Shown here: in pieces, positions 25,961-38,540 of the stretch
Numbering within the stretch: the stretch's first letter is position 1
Layout: every line of letters begins with the position of its first letter
DNA from: Octopus vulgaris
Lineage: Eukaryota
Assembly: GCA_951406725.2 (NCBI GenBank)
Contig: OX597815.1
Coordinates: 58,404,001 to 58,468,000 of the forward strand
Direction of reading: 5' to 3'
Length of the DNA stretch: 64,000 nucleotides
Notes under the pieces: model-generated
Told to the model about the DNA's origin: nothing
Databases searched by the model: none
Seen by the model: the letters and a program-made list of their open reading frames with translations, nothing else
Program-made: the position numbers and the translations under genes

Positions 25961-26470
25961 GTGACCCCTCTTCGGTCATGAATGACCATGGGATTGCACC
26001 TAGAAAGTTACCCTCCATGGCACAAGTCTGGGCAAGGTTGTTTATGGAAGATCAGCAGTTACCCATGCATACCAGCCTCCCCTCTCCACACCACTGATGT
26101 TATCCAAGAGAAAGGCAAAGGCCGATACAGCTTGACACCAGTGACATCGCAGCTCATTTATTAATGTTGCAAATGGCTGAGCACTCCACAGACACATGTA
26201 CCCTTAACGTAGTTCTCAGGGAAATTCAGCATGACACAGAGTATGACAAGGCTGGCCTTTTGAAATACAGGTACAACAGAAACAGGAAGAAAGAGTGAGA
26301 GAAAGTTGTGGTGAAAGAGTAGAGCAGGGTTTACCACCACCCCCTGCCAGAGCCTCATGGAGATTTAGGTGTTTTTGCTCAATAAACCCTCAAAATGCCC
26401 ATTCTGGGAATTGAAATCGTGATCCTACGACCATGAGTCCGCTGCCCTAACCACTGGGCCATTGTGCCTA
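25961..26470 (-). mobile_element. Two adjacent SINEs (family C tail plus family A)
   Basis: 25961-26160 matches 38815-39079 reversed; 26161-26470 ends in CGCTGCCCTAACCACTGGGCCATTG, the reverse of the family-A head. Confidence 0.75.
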
Positions 26471-27285
26471 AGTGAATATAGTAAGAGTTTAAAAACTGTT
26501 ATTAAGAAGATATCTCACCTAGCTACAATCTTTCCAAAGAATTGAGACAATTAAATTTTTGTTTCTAAATTGATTACTGCAGAAATGAATCATTACGTAG
26601 AACATAAAGAGGGAAAAAAGATATTTTGAGATTCCCACTTGGAGGAAAATGAGAAATCTGAGCATTTTCAGAAATATTATGAGTGTATGTGTGAGAGACA
26701 TTTATATTTATTTACCTGTAGATGCATGACAAAGTTTGAATAATTTGGATTGTGAATCATTATTATATGTGTTGCTGTGTAAGTGTACATATGAAGTTAT
26801 TTCATCAAGTTGATGGCATGTATTTCATTTCCTAGTTTTCTTCAGAAACATATTCTAGTATTTTAATTCTATTTTACCTTTATGACACATTTCTTTCTGT
26901 TTTACCTTTACGATACATCAGTCTTATGTGCATTAAATTTATTTGAGAAATAATTCAGTAATTTGCACAATTCTCATTTACTAAAATTCTGTTGTATACT
27001 CACTGAAAGTAAGAAAACTCATTTTCTACACTGATGTATAAACAAAATTTTCATAATTTAATATTTCGTTGAACTTATCTGTATTTACTTGTAATTAGGT
27101 TTGCTTTGAGACAAAAATTATTAAATGGATTTGGATAAGAACCTTTTTGTTAAATTGTTCCAAAAATCACATTAATATGTGAATAAATAAAAAAAGATTA
27201 GAATTGTTTTATTAAATCAGTGTAATTCATGATTATTTTAGAACTTAACTGAAACATAAGGGAGTGTATTTTGGTTAGCAATATA

Positions 27286-27501
27286 CGAGGGGTCGCTGAA
27301 AGTTCCTGGCTTTGGGTAAAAGAAAATACAGGAGGATCAGTTAACTATGATTTTATGCACCATATTCCCCTCTCGGTTTCACACACTTATTGCAGAAATC
27401 CTTCAGTTTTTCGAAGCACTATAAAAGAATTCAGAAGGTTGGGCCTCCAACCAGGCCTTTCACGATACCATTAAAGCCAGGAACTTTGCAGCGCCCCCTC
27501 G
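27286..27501. mobile_element. mariner-type MITE
   Basis: TA|CGAGGGGTCGCTGAAAGTTCCTGGCTTT ... AAAGCCAGGAACTTTGCAGCGCCCCCTCG|TA. Confidence 0.88.
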
Positions 27502-27914
27502 TAGTAATGAAAGGAGTAAAACTTTTCATTATGATTTAGTAGGAAAGAGGGGCAGCGCCCATGTAGATACCAACTGGTGAAGGAAACCAGAAAAAAAAAA
27601 AATGACACATCATGTGATAGTGAAGCCTTACAAATAAGAGGTTCTAAAAAGCATTGTAAAACTAATCTGATATAGTAGTCACATGAATGAAGATCATAAT
27701 GCATGTTGGGATATACCATATTTATTCATGTATAATAAGCATTTTTTCCCACAGGCTTTTAAGCCTATTAAGAGTGTGCTTGTGTATGACAATTAATTAT
27801 TACCTATTTTCTCTCAGTCAAGTGCATTGCTATATAAGGAATGGCATGACAGGAAGTAAGTTAGTTATGTTGTTGTCTAAGCTAAGAAATATGTAACTAA
27901 GAGTTACAATATAC

Positions 27915-28560
27915 AGAGTGTTCAGGCTAAATTTGACAATTTTTTTATGTCTTCTCTTTTCAGCAACAGATTGATGCATTGGCGAACAGTCAATGCTGTT
28001 GCAGAGCATAAAGATTAAAGTAGTAGTTAAGAAAAAGTTAGCTAACATGGAGGACTGGAAGCCATCTGAATATTGGAAAAGAGTTATCTCACAGGGTATC
28101 AAAATGCCAACATCATGACAACTGCTGAATGCTCTGTGAACACCATAAAAGCTGTAAGAGGTGACATGGACAGCTGTAGTGAAGACTACAAAGTTGTGGC
28201 CAACAGGAAGGGAGACAGCATTATGGAATTCATCCAACTACAGGACAAGGTGATGGAAGATCTGAGCAAGGAATCCAGGCTTTGGTAAGAGAGGGGGGGG
28301 TACTCAAGTCACCATTGTGAAGCTGGGCCTAAATAAAGGCCTTCGCTACTATGCATACAAGAAGTATAAGTGGCAAATTCTGACAGCCAAGGCCAAAAAG
28401 AACTACTTCACAAAAGCAAAGAAGCTCCAGATCAAGCTGAGGCACTCTAAACCAGGGATGATCAATTTACTCACAAATGAAAAGAACTTCTGTCAGGACC
28501 AGTTGCACAACACCCAGAATAGTTGGTTTGCATATAATCCATATGATGAAAACCATGCTA
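27915..28560 (+). mobile_element. maT/DD37D-like Tc1-mariner 5' fragment
   Basis: TA|CAGAGTGTTC start; LLTNEKNFCQDQLHNTQN resembles FSDEKNF.QDQ..N.QN. Confidence 0.65.
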
Positions 28561-28850
28561 CATGGTAGTGAAACATGCTCTCCAAGAAAAAGTACAGTAG
28601 AAATTACATTTAAATATTTTCAACAATTCATAGAGATACCTAGTTAGCAAATGGAATGTGTTCAGAAGATATACCTATATAGTATTTAAGCAAACTTTCT
28701 AATTATATATATCTCTATTTGTATTTCAAGTATATTTTGTGTATTTCTGTAAAATACTATCCTCAAAAGTTTTCCCAGTCTCTGAAAGTTGGATCATTCT
28801 TAGATATTTGAAAATATACCATCAGTTTTGCCCAAATAACTTTGATTTAC

Positions 28851-29807
28851 ATGTTGGTGTATCAAGTTGTACGCTGAAATTACAGACCTCAGCAGCAACT
28901 TAAATTTAGGTACCTTAGTCAATTTTCATTATATTTAGGGTGCTGATTTCAAAAATGGCATCAGTTTTAACCTATTAACCCTACTCAATTGATGGTTGGG
29001 TATTTTGATACAAAAATAACATGCATTAACAGATCACACGCAATTAAACAAAGCCATATTACTAAATCAGTACAAAAAAAAAATATTGTGCACAGCATTA
29101 GAATTCTAATTTAAGTATAAAACCTATAAAATGAAGTGTTATTAAACACACAAGTAACCTCCTTTATAGCACCATTTAGAGAGAGAGAAAGAAATTTACA
29201 GCTGAATACGCCAAATGTAATTTGCTATAAAATGTATATCCCATCTTCCCTGGCACCTATCTTCCATTGTTTTTATATCCTTATTTCACTTAAATCATTA
29301 AGCTTTTTTAGAGAGCTACCTAAAAATTTCATGTTAATTAATTGACTATGGTGCTTGTATTACAGCCAAGCTTATTAAAATAGGAGAGCATTCAGAGTAG
29401 GAAGTTTCTGAAAAAACAAAGACCATACACAGGGCTTACTGTTGTCCACTGACTCTATGAACTGTAGAATTTTGAGAAGCTCTTTTATCTGGGAACTGTA
29501 AGAAAAACCCTGCCTTGTGATTTTGTTTTGTACTTGGTCCAAAAAATTTATTGCACAAGTAGCCAAAGCAGGAACTATCTTTGTCAAATGTCTTTAATGT
29601 TTCTTTGCTAAAATTTAGAAACAGATTTAGTAAAAAGTGGTTATTCTAATAACATGCAATGCATTGATAACATTAACATCACTATTAATATTGAATCGAT
29701 ATAGGTCATTAATTAATTAGAACTAATAGGACAAAACAGATGCCATTTTGGGAATCAACATTGTAATGAGATCCTAAATTTCAGTGCATGAATGGATACA
29801 CCAGCAT
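28851..29807. mobile_element. Putative non-autonomous DNA transposon
   Basis: Degenerate terminal and subterminal inverted repeats (GCTGAAATT/AATTTCAGTG; AAAATGGCATCAGTTTT/AAACAGATGCCATTTT). Confidence 0.45.
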
Positions 29808-30429
29808 ATAAAGGAGCAGATTCAGTGCCCCAAATATAAATATTAAATCTAACTTCTAAAGCACCAAAATTTGTGCTGGTTAGTAATCAATTCACAATGT
29901 ATGCTAATCAATACATTATTCTCTTCAAATGTTAACTTTAAATAATGATAAACATTGAATGAAAATTTCACAAGACAAAATCCCCAAGTTCTATTCATAT
30001 TTTCACACTACTTTATATAAAAACAAAATAAAAAGAAAAGGTTATTGTTTTTCTAATCATTGAATAAACTGAGACAATGTAAACATTGTGGACATTTTTT
30101 GGTTTGCAGAGTACAAGGCAACAGTACCAGTCCTGGTGCTGTGACAAAATGCACCTGCTTGACTCAGTAAAATGATTGGCAAACAAGTGAGGATCAGGCA
30201 GGATTGAAAAAACCCATATTGTTGTCTTGCTGAGGATATAATCTCTCTTGTGATAGTGCCATGATAAAATGCAATCAGCAAAAAGCAAACACTGTAAAGT
30301 GGTTGGGGAGATATAGGAAAGGGATCCAGCAGTAGAAGTCATTGCCAAATTCAACATACAAATGAGATATGGTCACCCCACTCCACCCCAAATCATCTAC
30401 GAAGGCAATAACTCAAAAGAGCTAACTAA

Positions 30430-32526
30430 AACTGTTGTAACTCTACCATCCTATGCCAGCAGACATAAAACAATGATAAGGATATACAAAATATTTTCAT
30501 GAAAATGGTACTATAAACCTTCACACTTGTTGCAATGTATTGCCCATGAGTTTTCTCCCTTGTAGCTGCAGGCACCTTGTATTGCCTTGAGAGGGGCGCA
30601 AATAAACACTTTGCAAAGTTTACTTCTGCTACTTTGAACTGGAAACAGCCTCCTTTCAATTCAGAATAATGCTAAACTTCCATTTTCCAACACCATTTTC
30701 AATGTTTATTCCCCTGCTACGAAGTATATCATAGAGTTTTAGATTTTTCGGAAGAAAAAAGGCCACTTCTTTGATTTGGACTCAGACAATGATTTTAAAG
30801 GATGTTTAAAGTGATAGTGAGTATGATGTACCAAATGGATATTATCATCCACGGCTGATTGATTTTCAGGAAATTACTAGCCCCAAGGAGGTACCTGATG
30901 GCATTTCTGAAGAAATCATAACTTTATTTTTCAATGAGACTAATATATATCCTAGTCAGGTGAAGAATATATATAAACAAGTAGGTGAAGGTACCTACTT
31001 GTTTATCAACATGTGGAAAAAACCACTTTTGAAGAAATGAGGGCATTTGTTGCAATTTTGCTTCTGATAGGGCTAACAAAATTTTGAACATTTGATTTAT
31101 ACTGGTCTAATGGTGACTTTATTGAGATGCCAGGCTTCAAACACATCATGGCAAGAGACAGGTTCCTGAGAATCCTGTCCTTCCATCTTTTGGACAACTC
31201 CAAAGCAAAATCAAGGAATTACCCTGTGCATGATAGGGCACAAAATCTGACTGCTTTCAGAAAAGCTTCTACTACCTTGACAGAAATACTTTTATCCTGG
31301 AAAGACACATCCAGTGGATGGAAGTATGATTCCTTTCAAAGGAAGAACAGGGCTACAAATATAAATGCCAGTAAAACCAACCAAGTGGGGCCTGAAAGTC
31401 TTAGAAGCTAGCTGATGCAAAAATTGGATACATCTATCATTGGCAGCATTACTTGGGCCATTTCTTGTCCCAGTCACCAAGTGTTGGTGTTGCACAAAGA
31501 ATGTGCAAAATATGGGACATATTTTCATGGGCAAGTTTTTAGCATTGCCTGCAAAATCTCAAGACCTAGCTCAACACAGAACAGGAGCATGCAGCACACA
31601 TGTAAGCCACCAGGGTGACACCAAGCAGGTGAGCCCTCTATCACAAAAAGAAATGGACACATTTTATACATTTCCTTTTATAACAAAAGGCCTGTGTATC
31701 TTCTGAAAACTGCCCACTCTGCTGAGAGCTTTAAAAAAGTAAGTTTGATCAAAGCATCATGAAGATCATACCAGGTTTGTGCATAAACATTGTGCTGTGC
31801 AGTCCTCCTCTCAGCAAATGGTGGTGGATAGACAAAGTGGACAAGAAGATGATATATTACATGGTGCAGCACAGATGTACCAAGTGGTTGAAGAAAGTTC
31901 TCTTTTATCTTTTTGAACATGTTTCTGTAATGTTCTCATCATTTGGAAAGCCAAGTCAGCTCACTGGGTCAATGCTGAAAAGTACAGGCTGAAAATTGTG
32001 CATTCTCTACAGGAAGGCTACCAATCAGGTGCACTTCACAAGAGAAGTAGGAAACCAGAAGTCCCTTCCCCAGAAACACTGGTGTTAACAGATCACCACC
32101 TTATTAATTATCACAAATGCATGAAATCTAGCAGGCCTTCTTGCCCAGATTCAGCTGTTTGTTCAAACAAAGACAAAGAAGAACCACCAAAGCCACTTCG
32201 TGTGCAGAAAGTGTGATGTAGCACTCTACCCATAGCCCTGTTTCCAGAAATACCGCAGCATGATGGAGTATACCATAGATCAAGGTATGATAAAAGTATG
32301 CCAACACATTTGTATTTTTTGTTTCTCGATGTCAAAACATGCATGCAGAACATATTGCATTATATCAAAATATTACTTATCCAGTCCTTTATTACTATAC
32401 AAAAAAAAATCAAGTCTACACACAATACAGCAAAAGTTATGATAATTCTAAAACAGTAGGTGCTCATGGTTTTTGCTTCCTCAAAAAAAAAAATCCAGTG
32501 GCAGGGGCAAATCTGTGTTAAAGGTT
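30430..32526 (+). mobile_element. Decayed piggyBac element
   Basis: EEMRAFVAILLLIGL, IMARDRFLRILSF, SMIPFKGR, PVKPTKWGLK; ends in AAAGG-TTAA about 75 nt from the exon donor. Confidence 0.8.
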
Positions 32527-32602
32527 AAAATAAATCACTACAATTAATCTATGAGAAGACTCCATAATTAAAACAATAAGAAAAGCATTATCTAATATTA
32601 AC

Positions 32603-32750
32603 CTTTTTCCGTTCTTGTTTCAATTCTACAACAAGTTGTTGTATTTCTTTGATTATCTGTATTTGTGTGTTTTCTGCAATTATCTCATGCTGGCCTGCTA
32701 GGTCAAAGAGCTCACGCAATATATCCATAAATGCTTTTGTAGAAGTGAAC
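32603..32750 (-). CDS. FNBP1L: F-BAR protein (FNBP1/FNBP1L/CIP4 family), 148-nt exon (equivalent to vertebrate exon 4)
   Basis: Acceptor ttttttcctttttgtag|G, donor AAG|gttaat. Translation xFTSTKAFMDILRELFDLAGQHEIIAENTQIQIIKEIQQLVVELKQERKK matches the F-BAR motif AGQHE.I.EN...ELKQERK. The invertebrate gene is co-orthologous to FNBP1/FNBP1L/TRIP10, so the symbol is nominal. Confidence 0.95.
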
Positions 32751-32795
32751 CTACAAAAAGGAAAAAAATTCATTTAGAAAATAATAACCTGAAAT

Positions 32796-32857
<62 letters not shown>

Positions 32858-33408
32858 ATCAATAATAATAAAGGGTAAAATTAATTAATTAATAATTAAT
32901 AATTCCACCAAATAGTATTCAGCATGTTAAAAGGATCATTTACGGTAAACTTAAACAACATTTTTTATAATTATGAATATAATTATAATGAGGGTTTGGC
33001 AAAAAAAATTTGCTTAACCACATACCGAACTTTAGAAATAGCAGCCAAAGAACCTAGTTATTTCTTCTACTGTAAGAAACAACTCCCAGACAACATATAC
33101 TTAAAAACAATTCATGTAGGCAGAGAGGAAAAACAGCGAAATTCACTCGGCATCTGATTAACTGTGGATGTGTTTTTCATATCTATCTAATTCCGAAACG
33201 CGTCCACAGTTAATCAAATGCCGAGTGAATTTCGCTGTTTTTCCTCTCTGCCTACGTGAATTGTTTTTGAGTATATATTGTCTGGGAGTTGTTTCTTACA
33301 GTAGAAGAAATAGTTAGGTTCTTTGGCTGCTATTTCTAAAGTTTGGTATGTGGTTAAGCAAATTTTTTTTGCCAAACCTTAATTATAATTATATTCATAA
33401 TTATAAAA

Positions 33409-33411
<3 letters not shown>
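32858..33411. repeat. (TA)n-flanked fold-back element, long inverted repeat, Penelope-like
   Basis: Arms 32960-33175 and 33196-33411, loop about 20 nt; hammerhead 3' half CGAAACGCGTC at the apex. Confidence 0.9.
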
Positions 33412-33494
<83 letters not shown>

Positions 33495-33495
<1 letters not shown>

Positions 33496-34590
33496 TGTTT
33501 CTTTATTAGCCACACAGGGCTGCACACAGATGGGACAGATTACAAAGTAGAGCTTTTCTTTTGGGGGGGGAAAAAAAAAGTGGGGTAGGTTTTCGATCAA
33601 AAGGGATCGTAAAAGGGAAGGAAAAAAAAAACCATCGATAGGGATCGTGTATCACAGAAATGTCATGATGTAAAGCGTAAAGGGGGAAACAGATAGGGTT
33701 TATCCATGGAAAGAAAAGCATACGAAAAAGACTATGGTAACCTCAGTCAATGTTACCTACTTGTTTGCAAGTAGGTAACCCTCTGTTTTAAATTTTTCTG
33801 GGTTTATAGAATTATGCTCAAGGTGGCTTCGTCATTCATATGTGCCATCCTTGCTACATTCACCCATCCTTTTTTGAAACATTCGCTACACAAAACTTGC
33901 CTCTCTACTCTCACTTTCCTTTTCAAGTGATACTTGAAGAAGTTGATGAGAGATTGACCAGAGAGGGAAGTGTTTGTCTCCAATCCTTTCAGACACGTCC
34001 ACCAGATACATTCTTTCGCCATAGCCACAAGAATGATGAAAATAGCTCTTCCTTCCTGTTTGAAGGAAGGAGGCATGACAATATTGACGATAGACTTGGC
34101 TGATAAACCGACTCGTCCCACACGTGAAAGCAGTCGTTCGACATAAGCCCACAGGTCGGAAATTGTTGGTCAATGCACGAGTGTGTGCAGAATGGTTTCA
34201 TCGCTCTGACCGCATCTCGGGCAGGTTGGCCCTGTGTTTCTCGAGCTGTGTCTGTAGAGCTTATCCCAAACGGGTAGCACTTCTCAGTAGCACTGCCAGG
34301 CCAAGGATCTCTGGAAGTTTTCCATGGGTCCTGGCCCGAAAGTCATCCTGAACAGGCGGGTCAGGTATTCCTCGTCGACGTCCAGGTTCGCCCCGAGCTC
34401 GTCATTGTACCTCCCCTCCACTAATCCCCTATAGAATGCTTTGGTTGTGTTGAAGTCACTCAAGGTGGACCCGGGACAGCATAGTTGCTTCAGAGCAACG
34501 CTATACTCGCGGTGCCATTCACCCTTCCTCGGCCTCTTTTTGATCCACGACTGCAGTTCAGTCATGGAGACGAGTTGCGGGAAAGAAAGA
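33495..34590 (-). mobile_element. 5'-truncated L1/Tx1-clade LINE inserted in (GATA)n
   Basis: zf-RVT-like FQRSLAWQCY and CPRCGQSDETILH; AKECIWWT; AATAAA followed by (ATCT)n; GATA repeats on both sides. Confidence 0.8.
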
Positions 34591-34933
34591 TAGATAGATA
34601 GATACACACACACTTATGTTACATATATATACATACACAAGAGTTGTGCTAAAAGCAATGCAAATATAACTTTTATATTAACTGATATAGTTGTTGAATT
34701 TCAACATGGTAAAGTAACACTTCCTCTGTAGTAACTCACAATTCTCCTACCTGTTGTTCACTGCATACAAATAATGGGTTCCAAGCAGTAGCAACCTGCT
34801 GTCACTTGAGATCTTGATGAAGGAGGGATGTAGGCTGTCAGGCATTCACTGAAGACTACAAGTTGTTAACAGAGAAGATTCCAATTACAAGAACAATGTA
34901 TGCATATGGATAAAGTTGGCAGCTCTATCTACC

Positions 34934-34973
<40 letters not shown>

Positions 34974-35293
34974 CATACGTGTGTGCACACACACACTGTA
35001 CTTATACACTTTTACTTGTTTCAGCCTTTGGACTGCAGTCATACTGGGGCACTGCTTTGAAAGGTTTTAGTCAAACAGGTTGACTGGCAGGGTCACCAAG
35101 TAACTTGCAAGACAATGATCCCTTGAGAGGGGATGTGGCACTGGACATAATCTTGCACCAGATGATGAAAGGTTTAGAGTGTGACAGAAACAGGTGTCTT
35201 GCTGGAGAGGAGAGAGAGAGAGAGAGAGAAGGAATGGTCAAGATTGAGGCCAGTAATAGCTGTAATATCCAGTAGAGGGGATACATGTGTGTG

Positions 35294-35325
<32 letters not shown>

Positions 35326-35619
35326 CCGCAACTCGTCTCCATGACTGAACTGCAGTCGTGGATCAAAAAGAGGCCGAGGAAGGGCGAATGGCACCGCGGG
35401 TATCGCATTGCTCTCAAGCAACTATGCCGTCCCGGGTCCACCTTGATATGGTACTTAATCTATTGGGCTCTTGTGCCAAACCATTAAATTATGGGAAAGT
35501 AAACAAACCAACTTTGATTGTGAGGCAGTAATGAGGGACAAGCATAAACACAAAGACTCACATACTCATAAATATATGTATACAAACATATAAATCATTC
35601 GCACTCACACACACACACA

Positions 35620-36775
35620 GCAACCATGCCAAATCAGACTGGAGTCTGGTGCAGCCCCTCAGATCCCAGCATGGACAACAGATGCTAAATGATGATGATG
35701 ATGATGATGGTTGTCGTCGCCTGCTTTCCAGGGCTGGCATGGGTTGAATGGTTTGAGAGGAGCTAGCTAGGCAGAAGACTGTACCATGCTTCACTGCTTT
35801 GGTTTTTATGGCTGCATGTTCTTCCAAACACAAACCACTCCACAGAGTGGACTGAGTGGTTTTTATGTGGCACCAGCACTGGCAGGGTCACCAAGTAACT
35901 TGCAAGATAATGATCCCTTGAGAGGGGATGTGCCACTGGACATAATCTTGCACCAGATGATGAAAGGTTTAGTGTGACAGAAACAGGTATCTTGCTGGAG
36001 AGGAGAGAGAGAGAGAGAAGGAATGATCAAGATTGAGGCCAGTAATAGCTGTAATATCCTGTAGAGGGGATACATGGTTAGCCAGTCCGAGGGATAGGGG
36101 AAGAGAGAAAGAGAGTGGAAGAGAGCAAGGGAAAGAGGGAAAATGGTAGAGAGTAAGTGTGGAAGAGAGCAGGAGAGAGATGGTGGTGAAGTACCAGAGC
36201 ATGTTCACAAAGAATATGGATCAGAATATGAATGGGATGGTAGAGAAGAGCCAGGGAAAGATAAGTGGTGGCAAAGTGGAAGGGCAGGCCCTCAAGATAT
36301 GGGGTCAGAATATAAATGGTAAGGTATTGCAAAGATGCATGAGTAGGGAGTAGAGACTTCACATGAATGCAAAGATCGAGGGGGTGGGATATGCAGTGAC
36401 TATTAAAACCTGGGTATATAGAGTGGGGGGGCAACAGGATAGCAATGATACAGTGAGCAGGCCAGTGAGGAAAGGATTGGGGAGCAAGAGATAAGCATAG
36501 TGCATGAAAGGAGGAAATATGAGGAAGAGAAGAGATGTAGTTTGATTTGTTGGAGAAGAGTGTGCGAAAAGTTTTCTTGTTATGTGCTTTTAAAACTGTT
36601 TCACTGATGTTTCACTGGGTCTTCTCAAGAACCTCATATTGCCAGACATCTCGGTCCGTTGTCATCTCCTTTGTGAGGACTAACATCAGAATGTTGGGCC
36701 TCACAAAGGAGATCAGTCCTTACCACTTCATCCCATGTCTTCCTGGGTCTCCCTCTTCCACAAGTGCCATTCCCT
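35620..36775. mobile_element. Two RTE 3' ends joined tail to tail (short + copy, longer - copy)
   Basis: Shared (GAT)n at about 35690-35708; minus copy has the RTE 3'UTR and RGRPRKTWDEVV. Confidence 0.75.
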
Positions 36776-36780
36776 GTCAG

Positions 36781-37920
36781 TGTCCTGTTATTATGATTGC
36801 TTTTTTGTATTTATATTCATATTATTTTTTGTTTTTTTTGTATTTATATTCGTGTAACATCATCTGTTTTTCTGTCCTTCTTTCGTATACATTCGATCTT
36901 TTTTTCCAAGGAATCTAATGCTCTAAGCTTAGTTTTTCCTTGTGGCTGGCCAGATTGGAGCAATCTCAAGATTAATCAGCCGAAATTGCGAGGATCATCC
37001 GGTTCTTGACTGAAGATTAGAGGCTTCGAATGACCCGTTCATGTTTTTTGTATTGTCTATTTGGATGTTTTGCGTTCTTGTCCCATTTTGTATATATATA
37101 TATATATATAGCGGTGTACGTACATTTGTTCTCTTATATGTAAGTACACATTTCACTAAACTTTGTATGACTTCAACACACTCTCTCCCCACTCTCACAC
37201 ATTTCTTTGCCCTTCTTACTTTGAACTTCACTGTCCCTGTCTTTCTTTTTCTCGCCAATCCTTGATTATTTGGTCTACACGCTCTCTTTCTTCTCCCCCT
37301 CCTTAATTCCTCTTTTTCTCTCTTCTCTTCTCACGTTTCCGCTGGCCAACTACTAGCCCTTGTCCATTTCATTTGCCGTGAGGCTTAATTCTCAAATACA
37401 CCAGCTGAATTCAATGAGTCGAAAGACACTTGTTGTTATGTCCTGTTATTATTATTCATCATCATCGTTTAACGTCCGTTTCCCATGCTAGCATGGTTGG
37501 ATGGTTCAACTGGGGTCTGGGAAGCCAGAAGGCTGCGCCAGGCCAAGTCTGATCTGGCAGTGTTTCTACGGCTGGATGCCCTTCCTAACGCCAACCACTC
37601 TGTGAGTGTAGTGGGTGCTTTTTACGTTTTTTTTTTGTATTTATATTCGTATTATTATTTTTTGTAACTATATTTGTGTAACATCGTCCGTTTTTCTGTC
37701 CTTCTTTCGTATATATTCAATCCTTTTTCCAAGGAATCTAATGCTCTTAGCTTAGTTTTTCCTTGCGGCTGGCCAGATTGGAGCAATCTCAAGATTAACC
37801 AGCCGAAATTGTGAGGATGATCCGGTTCTTGACTGATGATTAGAGGCTTCGAATGACCCGTCCATGTTTTTTGTATCGTCTATTTGGATGTTTTGTGTTC
37901 TTGTCCCATTTTGTATTTAT
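36781..37920 (+). repeat. Tandem direct copies of a (TA)n-terminated element (Penelope pLTR-like)
   Basis: 36781-37092 repeated at 37440-37920 (second copy interrupted by an RTE tail at 37457-37627); both run into (TA)n. Confidence 0.75.
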
Positions 37921-37936
37921 ATATATATATATATAT

Positions 37937-38540
37937 ATAAGAAATACTAAATTTCTAAATCTCTCGTAGAGACATGTACGGTGGTGGGGCGATAGAATGG
38001 CTGTATACTGTCAATCTAACACGAACGTGACAGTAGGGGGGTACACCACCGCTGTATAGCCCTAGGAAGCATCAACGCCTCCTGATGGCTTTGACACATT
38101 TTTCCCTGTGTCCTTATATACATTTACGAAGGGAAGACAAACACCCCCCGGCCGCCGGAGCTGCATCTAGGGACACGTGTTTCAGGATCATTGTCCTTCA
38201 TCGGCCTAGAGTAGCAGACACCGGTCAGCTGGCGATATTTGTCTCGACTTCGTATTGTATATATCTATAATTCAGTGAAGTCTATTCACTGATTATCAAA
38301 ATAAGAAATACTAAATTTCTAAATCTCTCGTAGAGACATGTACGGTGGTGGGGCGATAGAATGGTTGTCCCTAGATGCAGCTCCGGCGGCCGGGGGTGTT
38401 TGTCTCCCCTTCGTAAATGTATATAAGGACACAGGGAAAAATGTGTCAAAGTCATCAGGAGGCGTTGATGCTTCCTAGGGCTATACAGCGGTGGTGTACC
38501 CCCCTACTGTCACGTTCGTGTTAGATTGACAGTATACAAC

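Noticed and set aside
37816-37862. ATGA...TGA SECIS-like hairpin
   Set aside because: Apical AAR spacing is wrong or absent and helix II is weak.
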